Positions 29,975 through 39,991 of a stretch of 64,000 bases of DNA are shown here, piece by piece. Numbering within the stretch: position 1 is the first letter of the stretch; each line of letters opens with the position of its first letter. The notes beneath the pieces were generated by a model. It saw nothing but the letters and a program-made list of their open reading frames with translations. It was not told where the DNA came from and did not search any database. Both the position numbers and the translations under genes were made by a program. This DNA is from Bacteroidota bacterium (lineage in GTDB: Bacteria; Bacteroidota; Ignavibacteria; Kryptoniales; JAKASW01). The stretch is from assembly GCA_023381615.1 (NCBI GenBank), contig JAMCQL010000035.1, positions 5,979-69,978 on the forward strand, in the 5' to 3' direction.

Positions 29975-30726
29975 AGAAGGTTTTGATCTTAGGTTTGATC
30001 TCGGTTTGTTTGCTGTCGGCAGCGCCAGTCTTGCACGCTCAAACCTCTATCCCGATTCCGAAAGTTACACTCGGAGTCGACAAAGCGACGAAGCCGCAGG
30101 ATGTCGCGGTAACGCTTCAGATACTTTTCTTCATGACGATACTTTCCCTCGCACCGGCGATACTCATAATGACGACAGCATTCCCGCGAATCATCGTCGT
30201 GTTTTATTTCCTCAAGCAGGCGCTGGGCACTCAAAGCATGCCGCCCTCCCAGTTGTTCATCGGGCTTGCTCTCTTCCTTACGTTCTTTGTAATGGCGCCG
30301 ACGTGGAGTAAGGTGAACGAGACGGCATTTCAACCCTATTTGAAAAATCAAATCACGCTCGACTCGGCATATACTATCGGCGTGAAGCCGATACGCGATT
30401 TCATGCTCCGCCAGACTCGTGAGAAAGATCTCGCCATGATGGTACATCTTGCTAACTTGCGGCGTCCGCAAACTCCGAATGACATTCCGACTTACGTGAT
30501 CATCCCGGCGTTTGCCATCAACGAGCTGCGCATCGGTTTTGAAATTGGCTTTCTGATTTTTATCCCTTTCATGATGATCGACATGATAGTCGCGAGTGTG
30601 CTCATGTCCATGGGAATGATGATGCTTCCGCCGATGATGATCTCGCTGCCGATGAAAATTTTACTTTTTGTTTTGGTCGACGGCTGGTACCTGCTTGTCG
30701 GTTCACTGGTACAGAGTTTCAGATGA
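29971..30726 (+). CDS. fliP: Flagellar export apparatus protein FliP
   Basis: Signal peptide plus conserved polytopic FliP core (FPRIIVVFYFLKQALGTQ, INELRIGFEIGF). Confidence 0.95.
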   Translation: MKKVLILGLISVCLLSAAPVLHAQTSIPIPKVTLGVDKATKPQDVAVTLQILFFMTILSLAPAILIMTTAFPRIIVVFYFLKQALGTQSMPPSQLFIGLALFLTFFVMAPTWSKVNETAFQPYLKNQITLDSAYTIGVKPIRDFMLRQTREKDLAMMVHLANLRRPQTPNDIPTYVIIPAFAINELRIGFEIGFLIFIPFMMIDMIVASVLMSMGMMMLPPMMISLPMKILLFVLVDGWYLLVGSLVQSFR

Positions 30727-30733
30727 GGAGAAA

Positions 30734-31000
30734 ATGACCGAAGAATTTGTAATTGGAATCGCGAGAGATGCTTTCTACACAGTTATTATCGTTGCTGCCC
30801 CCGCACTTATCGTTTCGGTAGTGATCGGATTGCTGATTTCAGTTTTTCAGGCGGCGACTTCCATTAATGAGATGACGCTCACGTTCGTTCCGAAGATCAT
30901 CGCTATCGGCATCGTCACTATTTTACTGCTCCCTTTCATGATGCAGAAGATGCTGGAATTCACAAAACATATTTTTGACGTAATACCGAATCTGAGATAA
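30734..31000 (+). CDS. fliQ: Flagellar export apparatus protein FliQ
   Basis: 88-aa two-TM protein; ATG at 30734 follows GAGGAG. Confidence 0.9.
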   Translation: MTEEFVIGIARDAFYTVIIVAAPALIVSVVIGLLISVFQAATSINEMTLTFVPKIIAIGIVTILLLPFMMQKMLEFTKHIFDVIPNLR

Positions 31001-31001
31001 G

Positions 31002-31769
31002 ATGGACTTCTACGCGGAGAAATTCGTGATATTTTTGCTGGTCTTCATCAGGACGCTTTCGATGTTTGCGACGGCGCCTCTGTTCGGAAATCAGGCTATT
31101 CCGGCTCAATTGAAAATTTGGGCGGGTGCATTTTTCGCGTATGCGATTTTCCCGCTCATCGCTGCCGGCACGCCTTCCGTTCCGCTCGATCTCGGATCGC
31201 TGGTTCTGCTGGCGCTTCAAGAAGTTGTCGTCGGCTCGGCGATCGGATTTTCTTTAGGAATAATTTTCTACGGAATAACCTATGCGGGTGATTTGCTCGG
31301 AATCGATATGGGTTTTTCCATCTCAAGTGTGATCGATCCGCAGAACGGTCTGAATGTGCCGGTGATAGGACAGTTCCAGTACATGGTCGCAATTTTCATC
31401 TTCCTCATTTTGAACGGCCATCTGTTTCTGCTTCAGGCATTGAAGATGAGTTACAGCGCCGTGCCGGTCTCCGGATTGAAGATAAGCGGCAGGGCAGTAG
31501 ATACATTCGTTCATTTAACCGGAATGGTTTTCGTAACCGCGATAAAAGTCGGCGCGCCGATTCTGATCTCACTTTTCCTTTCGGACGTTTTGATGGGGAT
31601 AATTTCCCGGATGGTTCCTCAGATAAACGTGTTTTTTGTCGGGATGCCTGTAAAAATAGGAATCGGACTTTTCACGCTAATGGCATCGCTTCCGTTTTTC
31701 GTTTACGTGTTCGGAAAACTGCTCGATGTGTTTGAGGGCGATGTGGTCGAATTGATAAGGTTGATGTAA
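31002..31769 (+). CDS. fliR: Flagellar export apparatus protein FliR
   Basis: 255-aa polytopic protein at the canonical position. Confidence 0.9.
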   Translation: MDFYAEKFVIFLLVFIRTLSMFATAPLFGNQAIPAQLKIWAGAFFAYAIFPLIAAGTPSVPLDLGSLVLLALQEVVVGSAIGFSLGIIFYGITYAGDLLGIDMGFSISSVIDPQNGLNVPVIGQFQYMVAIFIFLILNGHLFLLQALKMSYSAVPVSGLKISGRAVDTFVHLTGMVFVTAIKVGAPILISLFLSDVLMGIISRMVPQINVFFVGMPVKIGIGLFTLMASLPFFVYVFGKLLDVFEGDVVELIRLM

Positions 31770-31770
31770 A

Positions 31771-32877
31771 GTGGCAGAAGCGAGTTTTCAGGAAAGAACA
31801 GAACCGGCAACACCTAAGCGCCGCCAAGAACTTAGGAGCAAAGGGCAGGTTGTCAAGAGCATGGAGCTCACTTCGGCGGCAGTCCTGCTGACAGGGACTC
31901 TGATCATCTACATGCTTGGGCATGAGTTCATTCAACAACTCGCCGGAACAATGAAAGACTTCCTATCGCTTTCTTACGGCAGCGATCTGAGTCAGAGCAG
32001 CTTGCTTTCGCTTGTAAGTACTATCGCGTTTCGTTTCATCGTTATCGCTGCGCCGATAATTCTCACGATCATGTTTGTTGGAATTGCTTCGAACTTGCTG
32101 CAGGTCGGATTCCTGTTCACTCTTCAGCCGATGCTGCCGAAGGAAGGCAAATTGAATCCGCTCAAAGGGCTGAAGAAACTCGGATTTTCGCAGCATTCGA
32201 TGATGGAGCTTGCAAAAAGCTTTTTGAAAATTGCGCTCGTCGGTTTCGTGGGCTATCTGACAGTCAAAGGATTGATAGCCAATTCCGTGCAGCTTGTGGA
32301 TGGCTCGCCTTCCGAGATTTTTTCTTACATGGGAACGAGCGCTTTCGCAGTGGCGATAAAAATCTCCTCGGCGTTCGTCGTGCTTGCCGGCATCGACTAC
32401 TTTTTTCAACGCCGCAAGTTTCAACGCGATACGAGAATGTCGAAGCAGGAAGTTAAAGAAGAACAGAAACAGCAGGAAGGCGACCCGACGGTCAAAGGAA
32501 GAATCCGCCGCGAGATGTTCAAGCGTTCCCGGATGAGAATGATACAAGCCGTCCCGAAAGCTGACGTGGTTGTCACAAATCCGACGCATTACGCCATCGC
32601 GATCAAGTATGATTCACAGGAGATGGCAGCTCCGAAAGTCATCGCGAAGGGAAAAGATCTGCTGGCGCAAAAAATCAAGGAGATCGCCGCCGAGCACAAC
32701 ATACCGATTGTCGAAGATAAACCGCTCGCTCAGCTCCTGTACAAGACCGTTGACATAGACGAGCAGATTCCGCCGGATCTTTTCAAAGCTGTGGCGCAGC
32801 TGCTTGCATACATTTATCAGATGAAAAAAATAAAATCCGCCACAGGCGGACAGAAATTAGAATGGCAACGACAGTAG
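31771..32877 (+). CDS. flhB: Flagellar export switch protein FlhB
   Basis: NPTH autocleavage site (VVTNPTHYAIAI); GTG start. Confidence 0.9.
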   Translation: MAEASFQERTEPATPKRRQELRSKGQVVKSMELTSAAVLLTGTLIIYMLGHEFIQQLAGTMKDFLSLSYGSDLSQSSLLSLVSTIAFRFIVIAAPIILTIMFVGIASNLLQVGFLFTLQPMLPKEGKLNPLKGLKKLGFSQHSMMELAKSFLKIALVGFVGYLTVKGLIANSVQLVDGSPSEIFSYMGTSAFAVAIKISSAFVVLAGIDYFFQRRKFQRDTRMSKQEVKEEQKQQEGDPTVKGRIRREMFKRSRMRMIQAVPKADVVVTNPTHYAIAIKYDSQEMAAPKVIAKGKDLLAQKIKEIAAEHNIPIVEDKPLAQLLYKTVDIDEQIPPDLFKAVAQLLAYIYQMKKIKSATGGQKLEWQRQ

Positions 32878-34940
32878 AGAGAATTTCAAACAGCAGGACA
32901 TACAAGTTCCTCGGAAGCAATACCGACCTCGCGCTTGCCGGTCTGGTAATTTTGATCCTCGCTTTGATGATCGTTCCGCTGCCTCCGTTCATGCTCGACG
33001 TTCTGATTTCCGCGAATATTACTTTCTCGATTGTCCTGCTGATGGTGGCGATGTACGTGACAAGCCCGCTGGAACTGTCGTCTTTCCCCGGATTGTTGCT
33101 GATACTTACGCTCTTCAGGCTTTCTTTGAATGTCGCCTCCGCCCGTTTGATCCTCAGCCAAGGATATGCCGGCGAAGTCATTCATGCGTTCGGTTCATTC
33201 GTTGTCCAAGGCAATTACGTCGTTGGCGTCATCATCTTTATTATTCTCGCGACGATCCAGTTTGTGGTGATCATAAAAGGCTCCGGCAGAATTGCGGAAG
33301 TAACTGCACGATTCACTTTGGATGCCATGCCGGGAAAGCAGATGAGTATCGACGCCGATTTGAACGCGGGTTCCATAAACGAACAGGAAGCGAAACAGCG
33401 CCGCGAAAGGATTCAGAGAGAAGCCGATTTCTTTGGAGCGATGGACGGCGCGAGCAAATTTGTCAGAGGCGACGCGATCGCGGGAATCATTATAATTCTT
33501 GTCAACGTCGTCGGTGGTTTTATAATTGGAATGGTGCAGCTCGATTTAAGTTTTCAGGAAGCTCTCGCGCGGTACACCCTGCTGACAATCGGTGATGGAC
33601 TCGTTACGCAGATTCCTGCGCTTGTGATCTCGACAGCCGCCGGCATGGTTGTAACGAGAAGCGCGTCCGGAAATCAGCTCGATGTTGAATTGAAGACTCA
33701 GCTCTTTTCCCGCCCGAAAGCGCTTTACATCGCCGGCGGGACGCTCGGTTTCTTCGCGATCATTCCCGGACTTCCCACTGTCCCATTCCTCGCGCTCGGT
33801 TCAATCATGGCTGCTGCGGGTTACATGCGCTCGCAAGTTTCGACAAAAGAGCCGGATAACGCCGCTGTTGAAGCCGCTGCTGCTCAGAAGAAAGAAGAGA
33901 AGATCGAATCGTATCTGCAGGTAGATCCAATCGAAGTGGAAATAGGCTACGGTTTGATCTCGATGGTGGATGAGGAAGCCGGCGGCGATTTGTTCCAGCG
34001 AATAACGAATCTCCGCAAGCAAATTGCTCTGGAATTAGGTCTGATCGTTCCTCCGATCCGTGTGCGCGACAATCTGCAATTACAGCCGAGCAAATATGTC
34101 GTCAAGATTCGAGGAGTGCAGGTGGCGAACGGCGAACTTTATATGGATCGCTACCTTGCAATGAGTCCAAGCATGAAAGAGGGCGACCTTCCCGGAATTT
34201 TTGTTACTGACCCGACATTTGGATTGCCGGCGGTGTGGATCGAGAAATCACAGCGGGATAATGCGGAAGTGCTTGGCTTCACCGTCGTGGAAGCGCCGGC
34301 TGTGCTGTCAACACATTTGAACGAGACCCTGAAGAAGAACGCGGACAAAATTATCAGCAGGCAGGAAGTCAAAACGCTGATCGACAATTTGAAGAAAGAA
34401 TATCAAGCGCTTGTCGACGAAATAAACCCGGATATTCTGCCGCTGGGGACAATTCAGAAAGTCCTCCAGAATCTTTTGAAGGAACGTCTGCCGATTCGCG
34501 ATCTGGTTACGATCATCGAATCACTTCTCGACTATTCAAAGGTTACAAAGAATACGGAAGTCCTGACGGAATACGTCCGCCACGCGCTTTCGGAAACTAT
34601 CGCCGCCTTGTATGCCGATCCGTCCGGAGTGATTCACGCTATCGCGCTCGACCCAAGCGTGGAACAGATTTTAACAAATTCTCTGCAATCACAGAAAGAG
34701 GTTACAAGCACGCTTGGACTTTCGCCTGAAGTTACAAGGGCGATCAACGAAAGTGTCTCAAAGAACGTGGAACATGTTCAAACCTTTGGATATGATCCGG
34801 TCGTTATTTGTTCGGCGACAGTCAGGCTGTACTTCTATAGACTTATTCATGTAAACTTCCCGCAAGTGGCAGTTACATCCTATACGGAATTACCTGCGCG
34901 AACTGATATCGATATCATCGGAAGGATCGTGGCACAATGA
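32862..34940 (+). CDS. flhA: Flagellar export gate protein FlhA
   Basis: 692-aa FHIPEP family protein (FPGLLLILTLFRLSLNVASARLIL...). Confidence 0.95.
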   Translation: MATTVERISNSRTYKFLGSNTDLALAGLVILILALMIVPLPPFMLDVLISANITFSIVLLMVAMYVTSPLELSSFPGLLLILTLFRLSLNVASARLILSQGYAGEVIHAFGSFVVQGNYVVGVIIFIILATIQFVVIIKGSGRIAEVTARFTLDAMPGKQMSIDADLNAGSINEQEAKQRRERIQREADFFGAMDGASKFVRGDAIAGIIIILVNVVGGFIIGMVQLDLSFQEALARYTLLTIGDGLVTQIPALVISTAAGMVVTRSASGNQLDVELKTQLFSRPKALYIAGGTLGFFAIIPGLPTVPFLALGSIMAAAGYMRSQVSTKEPDNAAVEAAAAQKKEEKIESYLQVDPIEVEIGYGLISMVDEEAGGDLFQRITNLRKQIALELGLIVPPIRVRDNLQLQPSKYVVKIRGVQVANGELYMDRYLAMSPSMKEGDLPGIFVTDPTFGLPAVWIEKSQRDNAEVLGFTVVEAPAVLSTHLNETLKKNADKIISRQEVKTLIDNLKKEYQALVDEINPDILPLGTIQKVLQNLLKERLPIRDLVTIIESLLDYSKVTKNTEVLTEYVRHALSETIAALYADPSGVIHAIALDPSVEQILTNSLQSQKEVTSTLGLSPEVTRAINESVSKNVEHVQTFGYDPVVICSATVRLYFYRLIHVNFPQVAVTSYTELPARTDIDIIGRIVAQ

Positions 34941-36193
34941 GAATAAAGAAATTCATCGGGCTTACCGCGAAAGAAGCCGCGGACAAAATGCGAGAGGAAT
35001 TTGGAGAGGACGCCGTCATTCTGAACACGCGTCGGGTTTCGAAGGGCGGATTACTTGGGATCGGCGGCGGAGATTATTTTGAGGTAACCGCGGCGTTCGA
35101 CGAGGCGCCGATGAAAGTTCCGTCCCAGACGGCAGTTAGATCGCGGCAAGAGAACGCCGCTGCCAATGAAGATGTGTTGGGCAGTCTTCGTCAGCTCGCT
35201 TCGAAGTTTGAAGAGAAAAGAAAAACCGATCTGGACCAAAGGCAGATTGCGCCACAAGTCCTGCAAGCTCCGCCAAACATCGGAACGGAAATACTCCAGC
35301 AGGAACTTTCGGAAGTCAAGAGTGCGCTCGGTGAAATCGCACAGCACATCAAGCACTCGCGGATGCCGGTCCTTTCCGAAAGTTTAAAAAATGTCTATGT
35401 GTCTCTTCTTGAGAACGAAGTTGAAGAAGATATCGCGCTCGAGATCGTTCAAGCCTGCAACCATAAACTCAGCGGCAGCGAGATCGATAACCAGTCGGCG
35501 GTAGACAGTTACATTTTCAATTCCATTGCGAGAAAGTTTGTCGAAGCTCCCGTACGCAGAGTCGGTAGGAAAGGCTACGTTGTCGCGCTCGTCGGTCCGA
35601 CAGGAGTCGGAAAGACCACGACCGCTGCTAAACTCGCGTCAATCGGGAAATTAGTCAGAGGCGAGAATGTCGCCTTGATTACCGCCGACACTTACCGCAT
35701 TGGTGCGATCGACCAGCTAAAGGCTTTCGCGGACATAGCTTCGATTCCTCTTTCTGTCGTGTACACGCCGGATGAAATGATTTCGGCGATAAGGAAGTTT
35801 TCCGGGTTCGATACCATTTATATAGACACGGTCGGCAGAAGCCAGCGAAGCGCGGATAAAATTATGGAACTCGGCAGGTTCATAGATGCCGCCGATCCGA
35901 ACGAAGTCCATCTTGTACTCAGCGCAAATTTTTCGCTGAACACCGTTCGAGATATTTATAAGAAGTTCAAGAGCTTGAAACCGAACAGACTGCTCATCAC
36001 CAAAACAGACGAAGCCGTTTCGCTCGGAACGTTTCTCAGTCTCGCGAAGGACTCAAGACTGCCGTTCTCGTTCATTACAACTGGGCAGAGTGTCCCGGAC
36101 GACATAGAACCCGCTTCTGGAGAAAAACTCGCAAAAATGATCTACAAAATCGGAGTCTCCGAATGGATTACTTCGGGAGAGACCAATGCTTGA
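34937..36193 (+). CDS. flhF: Flagellar SRP-type GTPase FlhF
   Basis: GPTGVGKTTTAAKLA, DTVGRS, TKTDE. Confidence 0.85.
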   Translation: MRIKKFIGLTAKEAADKMREEFGEDAVILNTRRVSKGGLLGIGGGDYFEVTAAFDEAPMKVPSQTAVRSRQENAAANEDVLGSLRQLASKFEEKRKTDLDQRQIAPQVLQAPPNIGTEILQQELSEVKSALGEIAQHIKHSRMPVLSESLKNVYVSLLENEVEEDIALEIVQACNHKLSGSEIDNQSAVDSYIFNSIARKFVEAPVRRVGRKGYVVALVGPTGVGKTTTAAKLASIGKLVRGENVALITADTYRIGAIDQLKAFADIASIPLSVVYTPDEMISAIRKFSGFDTIYIDTVGRSQRSADKIMELGRFIDAADPNEVHLVLSANFSLNTVRDIYKKFKSLKPNRLLITKTDEAVSLGTFLSLAKDSRLPFSFITTGQSVPDDIEPASGEKLAKMIYKIGVSEWITSGETNA

Positions 36194-36992
36194 TCAGGCG
36201 GTGAGATTGAGAGAAGCGGTAAGCGCACAGACGAAAGTTGTTCCGCTCAGCAAGATGCCTTTTAAAATTTCTGTAGTCAGCGGCAAGGGCGGTGTCGGCA
36301 AAAGCAATATCGCGCTCAATCTTGGAATTGCCCTCGCCCGCGAAGGAACGCGTGTCCTTTTGATTGACGGAAACGTGAACCTTTCAAATCTTGATATACT
36401 TTCCGGAGTTTCGCCTGCGCATCGCTTGTTTGATGTTATCGACGGAACGGTCCAGCTCAAAGAAGCCGTTGCAGAAATTTCACCGAACGTCTTTCTTCTC
36501 GCCGGTTCGTCCGACGGCAGGCTGAAAAAGGTCAGTTCAAATGACACAGCTGTGCTTCTCAGAGAAGTGAGCATAATGGAACCGGTGTTCCAATATGCGG
36601 TCATTGATACCGCCGGCGGAATAGTCCAGGAGTCCATCTCGCTTGCGCTGCTTTCCGATGAAGTGCTTGTCGTTTCAACTCCGGAGCCGACTGCCGTTAT
36701 GGATGCATACGTTCTCGTGAAGGCGATGAAACGAATAAATTCGAACGCTAACCTCAGACTTTTGATAAACAACGCGAAGAACGAAGATGAAGCCGAAGAT
36801 GTCAAAACAAAATTCGATCTCGTCAGCGAGCAGTTCCTTAACTTGAAGATCGAGTATGCGGGTTTCATTCCCTTCGATGCATCCGTGGAAAAAGCTGTTA
36901 GCGTGCAGTCGCCTTTGATGCAAGAATATCCGGATTCTCCGTCGTCGCAAGCAATCAAAACTATCGCTGATAAAATCTTGAAGAAGAAATAA
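36186..36992 (+). CDS. flhG: MinD/ParA-type ATPase FlhG (YlxH)
   Basis: Deviant Walker A SGKGGVGKS; follows flhF. Confidence 0.85.
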   Translation: MLDQAVRLREAVSAQTKVVPLSKMPFKISVVSGKGGVGKSNIALNLGIALAREGTRVLLIDGNVNLSNLDILSGVSPAHRLFDVIDGTVQLKEAVAEISPNVFLLAGSSDGRLKKVSSNDTAVLLREVSIMEPVFQYAVIDTAGGIVQESISLALLSDEVLVVSTPEPTAVMDAYVLVKAMKRINSNANLRLLINNAKNEDEAEDVKTKFDLVSEQFLNLKIEYAGFIPFDASVEKAVSVQSPLMQEYPDSPSSQAIKTIADKILKKK

Positions 36993-37240
36993 TGGAAAAG
37001 CTGGCAATTAAAATACCGTTGCTCGTCTTCTTTTTGGGGGTCGTCTATTTCGCTTCCAAGGGATTCGACATCATGGACACGGTAATGAGAGCGTTTATGC
37101 TCGCGTTTGGAGTTGCTCTTATCGTTTTAGTTCTCACGATGGTACTCATGTTCTTTTTGACTCTGCAGAAAAGTCGAGCGGAAGATTCGAAAAATCCCGG
37201 CGGCAAGGAAAGCGGGAAGAAAGTTGAGATGCAAGTATGA
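36992..37240 (+). CDS. Hypothetical 82-aa two-TM membrane protein, translationally coupled between flhG and fliA
   Basis: TAATG overlap with the flhG stop and ATGA overlap with the fliA start. Two hydrophobic helices and a basic C-terminal tail. Confidence 0.5.
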   Translation: MEKLAIKIPLLVFFLGVVYFASKGFDIMDTVMRAFMLAFGVALIVLVLTMVLMFFLTLQKSRAEDSKNPGGKESGKKVEMQV

Positions 37241-37965
37241 CCACTCAAGAGCTCTGGGCGAAATATTCAAAGCGGAAGTCCGCTGCGATCAAGAAGGAAC
37301 TCGTGCTTGCGTATCTGAACCTTGTGAAATTTGCGGCAAGGGCGATAAACCTTCCATCGCGAAGCGTTTTCACGAGCGACGATTTGATGAGCATAGGAAT
37401 TATCGGACTTAATGAAGCAATCGAAAGATTCGATCCGTACCGCGGGGTAAAATTCGAGACGTTCGCTTCTCAGAGAATTCGCGGAGTGATGCTTGACGAG
37501 ATAAGAAAAGTCGACTGGCTGCCGAGATCTGTGCGCGATAAATATAAAAAAGCTTCGAAGTCTCTGAGCGAGCTTGACATGGATAAAGTCAACGGCGAAA
37601 AGTACGCGCGGGCGATCAACATGACTGTCAGCGAATTCGAGCAGATAAAGGGTTATCTCGCGAACGCCGAGGCGGTCTCATTGACAAAAAGCATCGGCGA
37701 CGACATGACGCTCGAAGACGTCATAAGCAGCGACAGCGAGGTGATCGAGCAGTACGAAGATATAGAACTCAAAGAGCAGCTCGTTGAAACTTTGAAGCAG
37801 CTTCCCGAAAGGGAGAGAATGGTGATCACGCTTTATTACTATGAAGAAATCACTTTCAAAGAGATCGGGAAATCGCTCGGCATCAGCGAGTCGAGGGTTT
37901 CGCAAATACATTCAGAGGTTATTATAAAACTGAAGCAGCTTTTCAGGAAGGCAGTTGAACAATGA
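37237..37965 (+). CDS. fliA: Flagellar sigma factor FliA (sigma-28)
   Basis: Regions 2, 3 and 4 are present. Region 4.2 reads ERERMVITLYYYEEITFKEIGKSLGISESRVSQIHSE. Confidence 0.9.
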   Translation: MTTQELWAKYSKRKSAAIKKELVLAYLNLVKFAARAINLPSRSVFTSDDLMSIGIIGLNEAIERFDPYRGVKFETFASQRIRGVMLDEIRKVDWLPRSVRDKYKKASKSLSELDMDKVNGEKYARAINMTVSEFEQIKGYLANAEAVSLTKSIGDDMTLEDVISSDSEVIEQYEDIELKEQLVETLKQLPERERMVITLYYYEEITFKEIGKSLGISESRVSQIHSEVIIKLKQLFRKAVEQ

Positions 37966-39128
37966 TAGAGGTTGGACAATTGACAGACAGGTTGTCATCA
38001 ATACGAGAACTGCCGACTTTTCCGACGACTGCCCTTGAGGTAATGCGCCTCGCGAGCGATTCGGGCAGTAGTGCGGCGGAATTGTCGCGGATAATTTCAA
38101 AAGATCCTTCACTGGCGGCAAGAATACTGCGCGTCGCCAACTCGCCCTTCTACGGATTCGCGAGAAAAGTTTCCACCATAGAATGGGCAGTAGTGGCGCT
38201 CGGTTTTGAGACACTTCGCGAGACAGTCTTGTCGCTCACTCTGATAGACTTTTTCAAAGGCTCCGCGCTGAAACATTTTGATCCAAAGAAATTCTGGAAA
38301 CATGCGATAGACACCGCAACGGCAGGGCGTTCTCTTGCTAAAGAAATGAAATACAGGCTGCCCGGCGAGGCGTACGCCGTCGGACTTCTACACGATGTCG
38401 GAACACTCGTGCTTTACAGATATTTCCGCGATGATTTCGAAGAGATACAGAGGTTGATCTTCGAAGAAAATCTTCAACCGCTTCAGGCAGAAGCCGTCGC
38501 TATAGGAACAACTCATGCTGATGTCGGCGCATGGATCACGGACAAGTGGAGTTTCCCGTCATATTTTGTCGAGGCGATCAGATTTCACCACACACCGGGT
38601 TATGCAGAGACCAATCCTGAACTTACGGCGATTGTTCATGTCGCGAACCAGATCGCATCGGTGAATGGATATTCCTGCTCTGATCAGCCGATAAAGTTCG
38701 ATTTTGCCGCCGTCCAGATAATCGGGATTGAGAAGCTCGGGATTTCAGTCAAAGCTCTCGCCGACAAGTATTTGGATGATGACTCCTCCGCAACGGTTAG
38801 AGTGAAAGTTCCCATCATGGATTATGCGCTGCAGGGGAACAACACGGAGTTCGAAGGAGCAGTACAGGGAGCGGTAGCGAACGAAGTCGATGACGAAACT
38901 CTCAGGAGATTTTTCAAAGACGCGATCAAGCTTCTGCCGTCAACAGAAAGACTTGTCGTCACTTTGAAGCTTTATGAAGGACTTGAGTTAAGGCAGGTCG
39001 CGACCGTTCTCGGTTACGAGGAAGCGAGAGTTGCCGAGCATTACCGAAACGCCGTTTCCGTTTTACAGCAGATGGCGGAGCGTGCAATCTTAACAAATAG
39101 GTTGGGTCAGTGGAAAACGAGATTCTAA
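37962..39128 (+). CDS. HDOD domain protein fused to a C-terminal sigma-70 region 4-like HTH
   Basis: The N-terminal ~270 aa are HDOD (LPTFPTTALEVMRL...ILRVANSPFYGF...GLLHDVG...HH). The C-terminus LPSTERLVVTLKLYEGLELRQVATVLGYEEARVAEHYRNAVSVLQQ aligns position-by-position with FliA region 4.2. Confidence 0.75.
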   Translation: MIEVGQLTDRLSSIRELPTFPTTALEVMRLASDSGSSAAELSRIISKDPSLAARILRVANSPFYGFARKVSTIEWAVVALGFETLRETVLSLTLIDFFKGSALKHFDPKKFWKHAIDTATAGRSLAKEMKYRLPGEAYAVGLLHDVGTLVLYRYFRDDFEEIQRLIFEENLQPLQAEAVAIGTTHADVGAWITDKWSFPSYFVEAIRFHHTPGYAETNPELTAIVHVANQIASVNGYSCSDQPIKFDFAAVQIIGIEKLGISVKALADKYLDDDSSATVRVKVPIMDYALQGNNTEFEGAVQGAVANEVDDETLRRFFKDAIKLLPSTERLVVTLKLYEGLELRQVATVLGYEEARVAEHYRNAVSVLQQMAERAILTNRLGQWKTRF

Positions 39129-39970
39129 AAGAGAAAGTACAAAATATAATTCAGCTGCCTGCGTTGCCCACGATTGCGGTCGAGGTTGCCTCGCTAATCG
39201 ACAATCCGAATACCAGCGTTTCTAAGTTGACAAAAGTCATTTCATCTGATCAGGTTCTGACGGCGAAAGTGCTCAAAATCGCAAACTCGCCTTTCTACGG
39301 ATTCCAGAGAAAAATATCGACGCTTGACTTTGCTATCATGGTTCTCGGTTTTGATTCACTCAAGGAAATCCTGATCAGCATTTCGCTCATAAGCTCGTTC
39401 AGAAAGAAGCAGGACAAGTATTTTAATTCAAAAGAATTCTGGGAGCATTCCCTCGCTTCGGGAATAGCCGCGCGCACGCTTGCGAGGCAGTTGGGATATC
39501 GAATCAGCGGCGAGTCTTTTGTCGCGGGACTTCTGCACGACATCGGAATTTTGGTGACGCATCAATATTTCCATGACGATTACAAGAGAATCGTCGATGC
39601 GGTAACCGATGGAAAATCCACATTTCAGGACATGGAACAAGCGGTTCTGTTTGCGACTCACGGTGAAATCGGCGGATGGCTTGCGGAGAGGTGGAATCTT
39701 CCCGATCAGCTTATCGAAGCGATCAAGTTCCATCACAAGCCGGAATTGGCGGAGAGAAATCCGCAGTTGACCGCGCTAATTCACTTCGTCGACTACCTCT
39801 GCCACAAACTGGGAATCGGCGCTCTGTCATACGAAAAAGTTGAAACCTACAATCCGGAGGCATTGAAAATTTTAAATATCTCGGAAGAAGAAATGACGCA
39901 GGCTTTTTATGATTCTTTCGGATCGAAATTGCGCGAAGATCTCGATCGAACCTTCGTGAACATTATTTAA
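39110..39970 (+). CDS. HDOD domain protein
   Basis: LPALPTIAVEVASL...VLKIANSPFYGF...GLLHDIG...FHHKP; GTG start. Confidence 0.8.
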   Translation: MENEILKEKVQNIIQLPALPTIAVEVASLIDNPNTSVSKLTKVISSDQVLTAKVLKIANSPFYGFQRKISTLDFAIMVLGFDSLKEILISISLISSFRKKQDKYFNSKEFWEHSLASGIAARTLARQLGYRISGESFVAGLLHDIGILVTHQYFHDDYKRIVDAVTDGKSTFQDMEQAVLFATHGEIGGWLAERWNLPDQLIEAIKFHHKPELAERNPQLTALIHFVDYLCHKLGIGALSYEKVETYNPEALKILNISEEEMTQAFYDSFGSKLREDLDRTFVNII

Positions 39971-39991
39971 TCGGCTTATTTGGAGAGTTAA

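Noticed and set aside
36194-36958. 254-aa ORF antisense to flhG, and similar long antisense ORFs (e.g. 20298-20993 in fliI, 29258-29788 in fliN/fliO, 12078-12737 in the MCP, 31963-32589 in flhB)
   Set aside because: These are shadow ORFs opposite strongly recognisable genes. They have low-complexity or biased composition and no start signals.
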